The notes below the pieces were generated by a model, which was not told the origin of the DNA, did no database searches, and worked only from the letters and a program-made list of their open reading frames with translations. Positions 43,529 through 58,100 of a stretch of 64,000 bases of DNA are shown here, one piece after another. Source of the stretch: the human T2T-CHM13v2.0 reference genome, Homo sapiens; contig CP086569.2 of assembly GCA_009914755.4 (NCBI GenBank), positions 12,480,001 to 12,544,000 on the forward strand. The letters run 5' to 3'. The position numbers and the translations under genes were made by a program. Position 1 is the first letter of the stretch. Every line of letters begins with the position of its first letter.

Positions 43529-46500
43529 AATGAAAAGGAATGGAATGGAATGCAATAGAATGGAGTAGAATGGAATGCAGTGGAATAAAACGGAGAGGAA
43601 TCGAGTGGAATGGAGTCAATTGGAATTCACTGGAACAATCGAATGGATTGGAATCAAACGGAAAGGAATGGAATGGAATGCAATGGAATGGAATCTAAAG
43701 GAATGGATTCGAATGGAATGGAATCGAATGGAATGGAATTGAATGGAATGGAATTTTATAGAATCAAAAAGAATAGACTGGAATGGAGTGTAATGGAGAA
43801 TTATCAAATGGAATGTAATGGAAAGGATTGGATTCAAATGGAATGGACAGGAATGGAATGGACTCGAATGAAATGGACTAGAGTGGAATGGAAACGAATG
43901 GAAGGGAAACGAATGAAATGCAATGGAATGGAATGCACTGGAATGGAAACGAAAGGAATAGAATGGAATGGAATCAGATGCAACTGATTGGAAGGGAATG
44001 GAGTCAATTGGAATAGAATCAAATCCAATGGTAACGCATGGTGTGGAATGGAAAGGACTCGAATGGAATGGACGCGAATGGAATGGCATCAAATGGAATG
44101 GAATGGAGTGAACTGGAATGAACTGGACCCAAATGTAATGGACTAGAGTGGAATGGACTCAAATAGAATGGACTCAAAACCAACTATCTCGAATGGAATT
44201 TATTCGAATAGAATGGAATCAAATGTAATGCAATACTATGGAATGGAATTGAAAGGAATGGAATCGAATGGAATGGACTGGAAAGGAATGGACTGGAATA
44301 GAATGGACTCAAATATAATGGATTGCAATGTAATTGATTCAAATGAAACGGAATCGAATGGAATGTAATCAAATTGAATGGAAAGCAATGCAATGTAATG
44401 GAATAGAATGGAATGCAACTGAGTGGAACGGAACGGAGTGGAATCGAGTGGAATCGAACCGAGTGGAATGTAATCAAATGGAATAGAATTGATTGGAGTG
44501 GACACCAAAGAAATGGACGTGGGAAAAAACGCAATCAAACAGATTGGAATAGAAAGAAACGGAATGGAATGGAATGGAATGGAATGGAATGGAATGGAAT
44601 GGAATGGAGTGGAATGGAATGGAATGGAATGGAAAGGACTCGAATTGTGTGGAGTATAATGGATTGGTATGGAATGGAATGAAATTGATGGTAAAGGAAA
44701 AATCTTGAATGGAATGGAATGTAAGAGCATGGAATCAAATGGAATGAACTGGAATGGAACACACTGGAATGGAATGCACTGTAATCGAATGGACTCGAAT
44801 GAAATGGATATGAATGGAATGGAATGGAATGGAATCTAGTGGATTTGAATGGAATCGAATGGAAAGGATACGAATGGAAAGGAATAGATTGGAAGGAATA
44901 GGATGGAAAGGAATAGAATGGAATGGAGACGAATGGAATAGAATCGAATGGTATGGCATCAAGTGGAACGGAATGGAATGGAACGGACTCAAATGTAATG
45001 GACTCGAAAGGAATAGAAATGAACGGAATGGCATTGAATGGAATGGAATGGAATGGACCCAAATGTAATGGACTCGAAGGAATGAATTCAAATAGAATGT
45101 ACTCGCAAAGAGTGGTCTCGATGGGAATTAATTTGAATAGAATCGAATCGAATGGAATGCAATAGAATGCGATGGAATCAAATGGAATGGAACAGAAAGT
45201 AATGGACTGAACTAGAATGGTCTGAAATGTAATGGATTACAATATATTTGATTTGAATGGAATGGAATCGAATGTAATGTAGTCAAAAGAAATTGAATTT
45301 TACACAATGGAATGGAACAGAATGGAATGCAATGGAATGGAAGGGAGTGCAATGGAATGGAATGGAATGGCATGGAATGGAATGGAATGGAATGGAGTGG
45401 TATCTGATGGAATGGAATGGAATGGAGTGGAATGGACTCGAATGGAATTGATTCAAAACGAATGGAATGGATTCAAACCAATAGAATCAAACGGAATGGA
45501 ATCAAATGGAATGGAATTGAATGGAAATGAAACGAATAGAATGTAATGGAGTGTAATGCAAAGATATTGAATGGAATGAAATGGACTCGAATGGAATGGA
45601 ATTTAATGAAATGGACTAGAATGTAATGGACTTCAGTGGAACGGACTCGAATTGAATAGAAACAAATGGAATGCAATGGAGTGAAAGCAAATGAAATGGA
45701 AAGGAATAGAATGGAATGCAATCACACGGAAGGGAATGGAGGTTAAAGGAGTCGAATGGAATAGAATCAAATGTAATGGGATCGATTTGAATAGAATATA
45801 ATTGACTCGAATGGAATGGCATAGAATGGAATGGACTAGAGTGAAATTGACTCGAATCGAATGGACTGGATTGGAATGGACTCGAATGGAATGGAATGGA
45901 TTGGACTCGAATGTAATGGACTGGATTGGAATTTACTCAAATGGAATGGACTGGAGTTGAATGGAATTGAATGGAATCCCAAAGAATGGAATGCAATGCA
46001 ATGGAATGGAATGGAATGGAATGGAATGGAATGGAATGGAACGGAATGGAATGGAATGGACTCAAATATAATGGACTCAAATGCAATGGCCTCAAATAGA
46101 ATGAACTCGAAAGGAATGTTCCAAATGGAGTTTATTCGAATAAAACGGAAAAGAATGTAATGCAATAGTATGCAATGGAATCGAATGAATCCAATCTTAT
46201 GGAATAGAATTGAATGGAAGAGGTTCAAATGAAACGGACTGGAATGGAATGGATTGCAATAGAATGGTCTCGAATGTAAAGGACTGCCATGAAATTGATT
46301 CGAATGGAATGGAACCGAATGGAATCGAATCAAAATGAATGGAATTGAACGCAATGGAATGGAATACAATGGAATGCAATGGAATGGAAAGAGCGGAATC
46401 GAATGGAATGGAATCGAATGAAATGGAATCCCTTGGAATGGACTGAAATGTAATGGACTCGAATGGATTGGACTGGAACAAAATGCAATCAACCAGATTG

Positions 46501-49500
46501 GAATCATTTGGAACGTAATGGAATGGAATAGAATGGAACAGAATGTAATATAATGGTCTCGAATGGAATGGATTCGAATGGAATGGAATTGAATGGAATT
46601 TTATGAAATAGAATGCAATTGAAAGGAAAAGAATGGAATGGAGTGTATTGGAAAGAACTCCATTGGAATGGAAAGGAAAGGAATCGAATGGTATGTATTG
46701 GAATTGAACAGACTCCTAGGGAATGGATTAGAGTGGAATGCACACGAAAGGTATGCAAATTAATGGAATCGAAAGGAATGGAATGGAATAGAATGGAATG
46801 GTATTGGATGGAATGGAATGGAATGGAGACAAAATGAATAGAATTGTATGGAATGGTATGGAATGGAATGGAAAGGAATGAACTTGAATGGATTCGAATG
46901 GAATGGAGTCGAATGCAATGGAATCGAATGCAATGGCTTCAAATGGAATGGAATGGTATTTAATGGAATGCAATGGAATGGAATGCAGCCAAATGTAAGG
47001 GACTCGAATGTAATAGACTCAAAAATGATGGACACGAATGGAAGGAACACGCATGGAATTTTTTCCATTAGAATGGAATTGAATTGTATGCAATAGTATG
47101 GAATGGAATCGAATGGAATGGAATCGAATGGAGTGGACTGGAAAGGAATGGACTGGAATACGTTGGACACGAATGTAATGGATTACAGTGTAATTGTTTC
47201 GAATGCAATGGAATCAAATGGAATGTTATCAAAAGGCATTGAAAGGAACGCAATGGAATGGAATGGAATGGAATGGAATGGAATGGAATGCAATGCAATG
47301 CAATGGAATGGAATGGAGTAGAATCGAGTGGAATGGAATCGAGTGGAATGGAATCGAGTGAATGGAATCGAATGGAATGGAACCGAATGGATCAGAATCG
47401 GATACAATTTACTGGAATGGAATGGACTCGAGTGGAATGGACTGGAATAAAATGAAATTGCATAGATTAGAACAGAATGGAACGAAATGGAACGGAATGG
47501 AATGCAATGGAAAGGAATGGAATGGAATGGAATGGACTCGATGGGAATGGAGTGCAATGGAATGTAATCAAATTGAATGGAATGGAGTAGAAATGAAGTG
47601 AATGGAATGGGAAGGAATAGAATGGAATGGAGTGTAATGGAAATATTTCGAATGGAAAGGAATGGAATGGTATGGACTCGACTGGAATGGACTGGAATGA
47701 AATGGACTCGAATGGAATGGACTGGAGTGGAAGGGAATTGAATGGTACAGAAACGAATAGAACGGAATGGAAAATAATAGAATGGAATGGAATGGAATGG
47801 AATGGAATAGAATCGAATGGAATGGAGTCAAATGGAATAGAATCGAATGGAATGCAATGGAATGGAATGGAATGGAATGCAAAGGACTCGAATAGAATGT
47901 ATTCGAATGGAATTGAATGGATTTGAAAGGCATCGAATGGAATGGAATGGAATGGACACAAATACAATGGACTCGAAGGGAATTGACCCAAATAGAAAGG
48001 ACTCGAAAGGAATGGCATCGAATGGAATTTATTCGAATAGAATGGAATCCAATTGAATGCAATGGGATGGAATGGAATGGAATAGAAAAGAATGGACAGG
48101 AAAGGAATGGACTTGTATGGAAAGGACTAGAATGTAGTGGATTGCAAAGTAAATGGTTCAAATGGAATGGAATCTAATGGAAAGTATTCAAATGGAATTG
48201 AATTGAATGAATCAGATGGGAATACAAAGGAATGCAGGAGAATGGAACGGAGGGGAATTGAGTGGGATGGAATTTTGTGGAATGGAATCCAATGGAATGG
48301 AATCGAATGAAATGGATTCGAATGGAATTGACATCAACAAAATTGAATCGAATGAGTTGGAATCAAATGGAATGGAATGGAATGGAATGGAAAGGAATGG
48401 AATGGAATGGAATGGAATGTACTAAAATGGAATGTAGTAGAATGGAACGGAACTGAATGGAATGGAATCAAATAGAATGGAATTGAATGGAATCGAATGA
48501 AATGGAATGGAATGGAGTGAAATGGAATGATATCGATTGGATTGAAATGGACTCGAATGAAATGGACTGGACTGGAATGGAATGGAATCGAATGGAATGG
48601 ATCTGAACGGAATGGACTGGAAAAGAACGGAATCAAATTTAATGGATTGCAATGTATTTGATTCGAATGTAATGGAATCCAAATTGAATATAATCAAATG
48701 GAATTTAATGGAATGCAAAGGAATGGAATAGAATGGAAAGCAGGGGAAATAAATGGAGTGGAATCGATTCTAATGGAATCGAAAGGAAAGGAGTTGAATG
48801 GAATAGATTCAAATGGAATGGACTCAAATGAAATAGAATTGAGTCGAGTGGCATCAAATGGAATGGAATGGAAAGGAACGGAATAGACCACAAAGTAATG
48901 TACTTAAATGAAATGGACTCAAATAGAATGAAACAAAAAGGAATGTTCTTAAATGGAATTTATTTGAATAGAATGGAATCGAATGGAATTCAATAGTATG
49001 GAATGGAATCGAATGGATGGAGTCAAATGGATTGGACCGGAAAGAAATGGACTCGAATGGAATGGACAGGAATGTATTGGCTTACAATGTAATTGATTCG
49101 AATGGAATGGAACTGAATGGAATGTAATCAAACGGATTGGATGGGAATGCAATGCAATAGAATAGAATGGAATGCAGTGGAATGGAATGGAATGGAATGG
49201 AATCGAGTGAAATGGAATCGAACAGAATGGAATCGAATGGAATGGAATCTATTGGAATGTACTGGAATATAATGGACTCAAATGGATTGGACTGTAACAA
49301 AATGGAATAGAACAGATTGGAATCGAATGGAACAGAATGGAATTGAATGGAATGGACTCGAATAGAATGGAGTCGAGTGGAATGGATTTGAATGGAATGG
49401 AATGAAATAGAATGGAATTGAATGGAATCGATAAGAGGAGAATGCAATGCAGTGTAATGGAAAGAAATCGAATCGAATCGAAGGGAATGGACTCAAATGG

Positions 49501-52101
49501 AAAGTGCTGGAATTGAATGGACAAGAATGGAATGGATTGGAGTGCAATGGATGCGAATGAAAATGAAACGAATGGAATGGAATGGAATTGAAAGGAATGG
49601 AATAGAAAGGAAAAGAATGGAATGCAATCCGAAGGAACTTAAGAAATGGAATGATGTGGAATGGAATGGAATGGAATGGAATGGAATGGAATGGAATGGA
49701 ATGGAATGGAATGGAATAGAGTTGAACCAGAATGGAATGGAGTGGAATGGAATGGACAGGAATATATTGCATTGCAGCCTAATTGTTTAAAACGGAATGC
49801 AATCGAATGGAATAGAATGGAATGGAGTGTAATGGAGAGGTATCAAACGGAATGGAATTTAACGGAATGGACTCGAGTGGAATGGACTGGAATGGAATGC
49901 AATCGAATAGAATGGACTGGAATTGAATGCGCTCGAATGGAATAGATAGGATTGGAATGGACACGAATGGAATGGAAAGCAATGGAATGGAATGGAAAGC
50001 AATAGAATGGAATGGAATTGGATGGAACGAAATGGAATGCAATTGATTTGAGTGGAATAGAATCGAATGGAATGGCATCAACTGGAATGGAATTGAATTG
50101 AATGGACTCGAATGGAATGGATTCGAATACAATATAATCGAATGGAATGGATTCGAATAGAATATAATTGAATGGAATGGCACGTAGTGGAATGGAATGG
50201 ACCCAAATGGAATGGACTCGAATGGAATCGAAAGAAATGTTCCCGAGTGGAATCTATCAGAATAAAATGTTATCGAATGGAATGCAAAAATATGGAATGG
50301 AATCGAATGGAATGCAATCAAATGGAATGGACAGGAATGGAATGGACTGGAAGAGAATGGACTCTAATGTAATGGATTGCAATGTAATTGTTTCGAATAG
50401 AATGTATGTGAATGGAACTTGATCAAGTGGAATGGAATGGAATGCAATGGAATGCTACGGAGTGCAATCAAGTGGAATGCAATCAAATGGAGTGGAATCG
50501 AATGGAATGGAATCCAATGGAAAGGACTGGCATGGAAAGGACTCCAATGGATTGGACTGGAATAAAATGGAACTGAACGGATTGCAATCAAATGGAAAGG
50601 AACGGAATGGAATGAATTGGAATGGAATGGAGTCAAAAGGAAGGGAAACATATGTTATGGAATTGAATTGATATGAAACGAATAGAATGGAATGGAGTGT
50701 AATGGAAAGATGTGGAATGGAATGGAATGGACTCGAATGGAATGGACCAGAATAAAATGGACTCGAATGGATTAGAAAAGAATGGAATGGAATGGAATGC
50801 AACCGAATGTAATGGAAAGGAACAGAATGGAATGGAATCAGATGGAATGGAATGGAAGGGATTGGAGTCGAACAGAATAGAATCAAAAGTAATGGGATCG
50901 ATTGGAATGGAATGGAATGGACTCGATTGGAATGGCATAGAATGGAATGGACTGGAGTGAAATGGAATCGAATGGAATGGAAACGAATGAAATGGAATGG
51001 AATGGAACAGAAACGAACGAAATGGAATGGTATTGAATGGAATGGAGTGGAATGGAATGGAATGGAATGCAATGGAATGGAATAGAATGGAATAGAATCG
51101 GATGGAATGGAATGGAATGCAATGGAGTCGAAAGGAATAAAATCGAAAGGAATGGCATCAAATGGAATGGAATGGACTCGAATGGAATGGACTCGAATGG
51201 AATAGAATTGAAAGAATTGGCATTGAATGGAATGGAATGGAATGGTATGGACCCAAAGGTAATGGATTCGAATTGATTGGACTCATGTAGAATGGACTAT
51301 AAAGAAATTGTTTCGAATGCAATTTATATGACTAAAGTGGAATCGAATGGAAGGCTATAGTATGGAATGGAATCGAATGAAATGGAATCGAATAGAATGG
51401 ACTGGAATGGAATGGACTGGAATAAAATGGAATCGAATGTAATGGATTGCAATGTAACTGATGTGAATGGAATGGAATATAATTGAATGGAATCGAATTC
51501 GAATTGACATAAGAGGAATGGACTGGAATAGTATGGACTCGTATGTAATGGAATGGAATGTAATTGATTCGAAAAGAGTGGAGTTGGATGGAATGTAAGA
51601 AAATAGAATGCAATAGAATGCAAAGTAATGGAATAGAATGGAAAGTAATGGAATGCAAAAGAGAGCAATAGAGTGGAATGTAATCGAATGGAATGGACTG
51701 GAATTGAATGGACTCGAATGCAATGGACTGGAACAAAATTGAATAGAACGGATTGGAATCGAAAGGAATGGAAAGGAATAGAATGGAATCGAATCGACAT
51801 GAATGGAATGGAGTGAAACGGAATGGAATCGAATAGAATGGAATCGAATGGAATGGAATTGAATGGATTCGAAAGGAATAGAATGGAATGGAGTTTAATG
51901 GAAAGATATCGAATGGAATATACTGGAATAGAAAGGAATAAAATGTAACGGATTGTAATGTAATTGATTCGAATGGAATGGAATCGAATGGAATGTAATC
52001 AAATGGAATGGAAAGGAATGCAATGGAATGGTATAGAATGAAGTGCAATGGAATGGAACAGAGTGGAATCGAGTGCAATGGAGTTCAATGGAATGGAATG
52101 G
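43529..52101 (+). repeat. Array B HOR copy 2
   Basis: Offset of 8568 from copy 1. Peptides are identical except for small indels (e.g. an extra 30 bp or so at about 47905-47940 relative to 39365-39400). Confidence 0.8.
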
Positions 52102-55100
52102 AATGAAAAGGAATGGAATGGAATGCAATGGAATGGAGTAGAATGGAATGCAGTGGAATAAAACGGAGAGGAATCGAGTGGAATGGAGTCAATTGGAATT
52201 CACTGGAACAATCGAATGGATTGGAATCAAACGGAAAGGAATGGAATGGAATGCAATGGAATGGAATCTAAAGGAATGGATTCGAATGGAATGGAATCGA
52301 ATGGAATGGAATTGAATGGAATGGAATTTTATAGAATCAAAAAGAATAGACTGGAATGGAGTGTAATGGAGAATTATCAAATGGAATGTAATGGAAAGGA
52401 TTGGATTCAAATGGAATGGACAGGAATGGAATGGACTCGAATGAAATGGACTAGAGTGGAATGGAAACGAATGGAAGCGAAACGAATGAAATGCAATGGC
52501 ATGGAATGCACTGGAATGGAAACGAAAGGAATAGAATGGAATGGAATCAGATGCAACTGATTGGAAGGGAATGGAGTCAATTGGAATAGAATCAAATCCA
52601 ATGGTAACGCATGGTGTGGAATGGAAAGGACTCGAATGGAATGGACGCGAATGGAATGGCATCGAATGGAATGGAATGGAGTGAACTGGAATGAACTGGA
52701 CCCAAATGTAATGGACTAGAGTGGAATGGACTCAAATAGAATGGACTCAAAACCAACTATCTCGAATGGAATTTATTCGAATAGAATGGAATCAAATGTA
52801 ATGCAATACTATGGAATGGAATTGAAAGGAATGGAATCGAATGGAATGGACTGGAAAGGAATGGACTGGAATAGAATGGACTCAAATATAATGGATTGCA
52901 ATGTAATTGATTCAAATGAAACGGAATCGAATGGAATGTAATCAAATTGAATGGAAAGCAATGCAATATAATGGAATAGAATGGAATGCAACTGAGTGGA
53001 ACGGAACGGAGTGGAATCGAGTGGAATCGAACCGAGTGGAATGTAATCAAATGGAATAGAATTGATTGGAGTGGACACCAAAGAAATGGACGTGGGAAAA
53101 AACGCAATCAAACAGATTGGAATAGAAAGAAACGGAATGGAATGGAATGGAATGGAATGGAATGGAATGGAATGGAATGGAGTGGAATGGAATGGAATGG
53201 AATGGAAAGGACTCGAATTGTGTGGAGTATAATGGATTGGTATGGAATGGAATGAAATTGATGGTAAAGGAAAAATCTTGAATGGAATGGAATGTAAGAG
53301 CATGGAATCAAATGGAATGAACTGGAATGGAACACACTGGAATGGAATGCACTGTAATCGAATGGACTCGAATGAAATGGATATGAATGGAATGGAATGG
53401 AATGGAATCTAGTGGATTTGAATGGAATCGAATGGAAAGGATACGAATGGAAAGGAATAGATTGGAAGGAATAGGATGGAAAGGAATAGAATGGAATGGA
53501 GACGAATGGAATAGAATCGAATGGTATGGCATCAAGTGGAACGGAATGGAATGGAACGGACTCAAATGTAATGGACTCGAAAGGAATAGAAATGAACGGA
53601 ATGGCATTGAATGGAATGGAATGGAATGGACCCAAATGTAATGGACTCGAAGGAATGAATTCAAATAGAATGTACTCGCAAAGAGTGGTCTCGATGGGAA
53701 TTAATTTGAATAGAATCGAATCGAATGGAATGCAATAGAATGCGATGGAATCAAATGGAATGGAACAGAAAGTAATGGACTGAACTAGAATGGTCTGAAA
53801 TGTAATGGATTACAATATATTTGATTTGAATGGAATGGAATCGAATGTAATGTAGTCAAAAGAAATTGAATTTTACACAATGGAATGGAACAGAATGGAA
53901 TGCAATGGAATGGAAGGGAGTGCAATGGAATGGAATGGAATGGCATGGAATGGAATGGAATGGAATGGAGTGGTATCTGATGGAATGGAATGGAATGGAG
54001 TGGAATGGACTCGAATGGAATTGATTCAAAACGAATGGAATGGATTCAAACCAATAGAATCAAACGGAATGGAATCAAATGGAATGGAATTGAATGGAAA
54101 TGAAACGAATAGAATGTAATGGAGTGTAATGCAAAGATATTGAATGGAATGAAATGGACTCGAATGGAATGGAATTTAATGAAATGGACTAGAGTGTAAT
54201 GGACTTCAGTGGAACGGACTCGAATTGAATAGAAACAAATGGAATGCAATGGAGTGAAAGCAAATGAAATGGAAAGGAATAGAATGGAATGCAATCACAC
54301 GGAAGGGAATGGAGGTTAAAGGAGTCGAATGGAATAGAATCAAATGTAATGGGATCGATTTGAATAGAATATAATTGACTCGAATGGAATGGCATAGAAT
54401 GGAATGGACTAGAGTGAAATTGACTCGAATCGAATGGACTGGATTGGAATGGACTCGAATGGAATGGAATGGATTGGACTCGAATGTAATGGACTGGATT
54501 GGAATTTACTCAAATGGAATGGACTGGAGTTGAATGGAATTGAATGGAATCCCAAAGAATGGAATGCAATGCAATGGAATGGAATGGAATGGAATGGAAT
54601 GGAATGGAATGGAATGGAATGGAATGGAATGGACTCAAATATAATGGACTCAAATGCAATGGCCTCAAATAGAATGAACTCGAAAGGAATGTTCCAAATG
54701 GAGTTTATTCGAATAAAACAGAAAAGAATGTAATGCAATAGTATGCAATGGAATCGAATGAATCCAATCTTATGGAATAGAATTGAATGGAAGAGGTTCG
54801 AATGAAACGGACTGGAATGGAATGGATTGCAATAGAATGGTCTCGAATGTAAAGGACTGCCATGAAATTGATTCGAATGGAATGGAACCGAATTGAATCG
54901 AATCAAAATGAATGGAATTGAACGCAATGGAATGGAATACAATGGAATGCAATGGAATGGAAAGAGCGGAATCGAGTGGAATGGAATCGAATGAAATGGA
55001 ATCCATTGGAATGGACTGAAATGTAATGGACTCGAATGGATTGGACTGGAACAAAATGCAATCAACCAGATTGGAATCATTTGGAACGTAATGGAATGGA

Positions 55101-58100
55101 ATAGAATGGAACAGAATGTAATATAATGGTCTCGAATGGAATGGATTCGAATGGAATGGAATTGAATGGAATTTTATGAAATAGAATGCAATTGAAAGGA
55201 AAAGAATGGAATGGAGTGTATTGGAAAGAACTCCATTGGAATGGAAAGGAAAGGAATCGAATGGTATGTATTGGAATTGAACAGACTCCTAGGGAATGGA
55301 TTAGAGTGGAATGCACACGAAAGGTATGCAAATTAATGGAATCGAAAGGAATGGAATGGAATAGAATGGAATGGTATTGGATGGAATGGAATGGAATGGA
55401 GACAAAATGAATAGAATTGTATGGAATGGTATGGAATGGAATGGAAAGGAATGAACTTGAATGGATTCGAATGGAATGGAGTCGAATGCAATGGAATCGA
55501 ATGCAATGGCTTCAAATGGAATGGAATGGTATTTAATGGAATGCAATGGAATGGAATGCAGCCAAATGTAAGGGACTCGAATGTAATAGACTCAAAAATG
55601 ATGGACACGAATGGAAGGAACACGCATGGAATTTTTTCCATTAGAATGGAATTGAATTGTATGCAATAGTATGGAATGGAATCGAATGGAATGGAATCGA
55701 ATGGAGTGGACTGGAAAGGAATGGACTGGAATACGTTGGACACGAATGTAATGGATTACAATGTAATTGTTTCGAATGCAATGGAATCAAATGGAATGTT
55801 ATCAAAAGGCATTGAAAGGAACGCAATGGAATGGAATGGAATGGAATGGAATGGAATGGAATGGAATGGAATGGAATGCAATGCCATACAATGGAATGGA
55901 ATGGAGTAGAATCGAGTGGAATGGAATCGAGTGGAATGGAATCGAGTGAATGGAATCGAATGGAATGGAACCGAATGGATCAGAATCGGATACAATTTAC
56001 TGGAATGGAATGGACTCGAGTGGAATGGACTGGAATAAAATGAAATTGCATAGATTAGAACAGAATGGAACGAAATGGAACGGAATGGAATGCAATGGAA
56101 AGGAATGGAATGGAATGGAATGGACTCGATGGGAATGGAGTGCAATGGAATGTAATCAAATTGAATGGAATGGAGTAGAAATGAAGTGAATGGAATGGGA
56201 AGGAATAGAATGGAATGGAGTGTAATGGAAATATTTCGAATGGGAAGGAATGGAATGGTATGGACTCGACTGGAATGGACTGGAATGAAATGGACTCGAA
56301 TGGAATGGACTGGAGTGGAAGGGAATTGAATGGTACAGAAACGAATAGAACGGAATGGAAAATAATAGAATGGAATGGAATGGAATGGAATGGAATAGAA
56401 TCGAATGGAATGGAGTCAAATGGAATAGAATCGAATGGAATGCAATGGAATGGAATGGAATGGAATGCAAAGGACTCGAATAGAATGTATTCGAATGGAA
56501 TTGAATGGATTTGAAAGGCATCGAATGGAATGGAATGGAATGGAATGGACACAAATACAATGGACTCGAAGGGAATTGACCCAAATAGAAAGGACTCGAA
56601 AGGAATGGCATCGAATGGAATTTATTCGAATAGAATGGAATCCAATTGCATGCAATGGGATGGAATGGAATGGAATAGAAAAGAATGGACAGGAAAGGAA
56701 TGGACTTGTATGGAAAGGACTAGAATGTAGTGGATTGCAAAGTAAATGGTTCAAATGGAATGGAATCTAATGGAAAGTATTCAAATGGAATTGAATTGAA
56801 TGAATCAGATGGGAATACAAAGGAATGCAGGAGAATGGAACGGAGGGGAATTGAGTGGGATGGAATTTTGTGGAATGGAATCCAATGGAATGGAATCGAA
56901 TGAAATGGATTCGAATGGAATTGACATCAACAAAATTGAATCGAATGAGTTGGAATCAAATGGAATGGAATGGAATGGAATGGAAAGGAATGGAATGGAA
57001 TGGAATGGAATGTACTAAAATGGAATGTAGTAGAATGGAACGGAACTGAATGGAATGGAATCAAATAGAATGGAATTGAATGGAATCGAATGAAATGGAA
57101 TGGAATGGAGTGAAATGGAATGATATCGATTGGATTGAAATGGACTCGAATGAAATGGACTGGACTGGAATGGAATGGAATCGAATGGAATGGATCTGAA
57201 CGGAATGGACTGGAAAAGAACGGAATCAAATTTAATGGATTGCAATGTATTTGATTCGAATGTAATGGAATCCAAATTGAATATAATCAAATGGAATTTA
57301 ATGGAATGCAAAGGAATGGAATAGAATGGAAAGCAGGGGAAATAAATGGAGTGGAATCGATTCTAATGGAATCGAAAGGAAAGGAGTTGAATGGAATAGA
57401 TTCAAATGGAATGGACTCAAATGAAATAGAATTGAGTCGAGTGGCATCAAATGGAATGGAATGGAAAGGAACGGAATAGACCACAAAGTAATGTACTTAA
57501 ATGAAATGGACTCAAATAGAATGAAACAAAAAGGAAAGTTCTTAAATGGAATTTATTTGAATAGAATGGAATCGAATGGAATTCAATAGTATGGAATGGA
57601 ATCGAATGGATGGAGTCAAATGGATTGGACCGGAAAGAAATGGACTCGAATGGAATGGACAGGAATGTATTGGCTTACAATGTAATTGATTCGAATGGAA
57701 TGGAACTGAATGGAATGTAATCAAACGGATTGGATGGGAATGCAATGCAATAGAATAGAATGGAATGCAGTGGAATGGAATGGAATGGAATGGAATCGAG
57801 TGAAATGGAATCGAACAGAATGGAATCGAATGGAATGGAATCTATTGGAATGTACTGGAATATAATGGACTCAAATGGATTGGACTGTAACAAAATGGAA
57901 TAGAACAGATTGGAATCGAATGGAACAGAATGGAATTGAATGGAATGGACTCGAATAGAATGGAGTCGAGTGGAATGGATTTGAATGGAATGGAATGAAA
58001 TAGAATGGAATTGAATGGAATCGATAGGAGGAGAATGGAATGCAGTGTAATGGAAAGAAATCGAATCGAATTGAAGGGAATGGACTCAAATGGAAAGTGC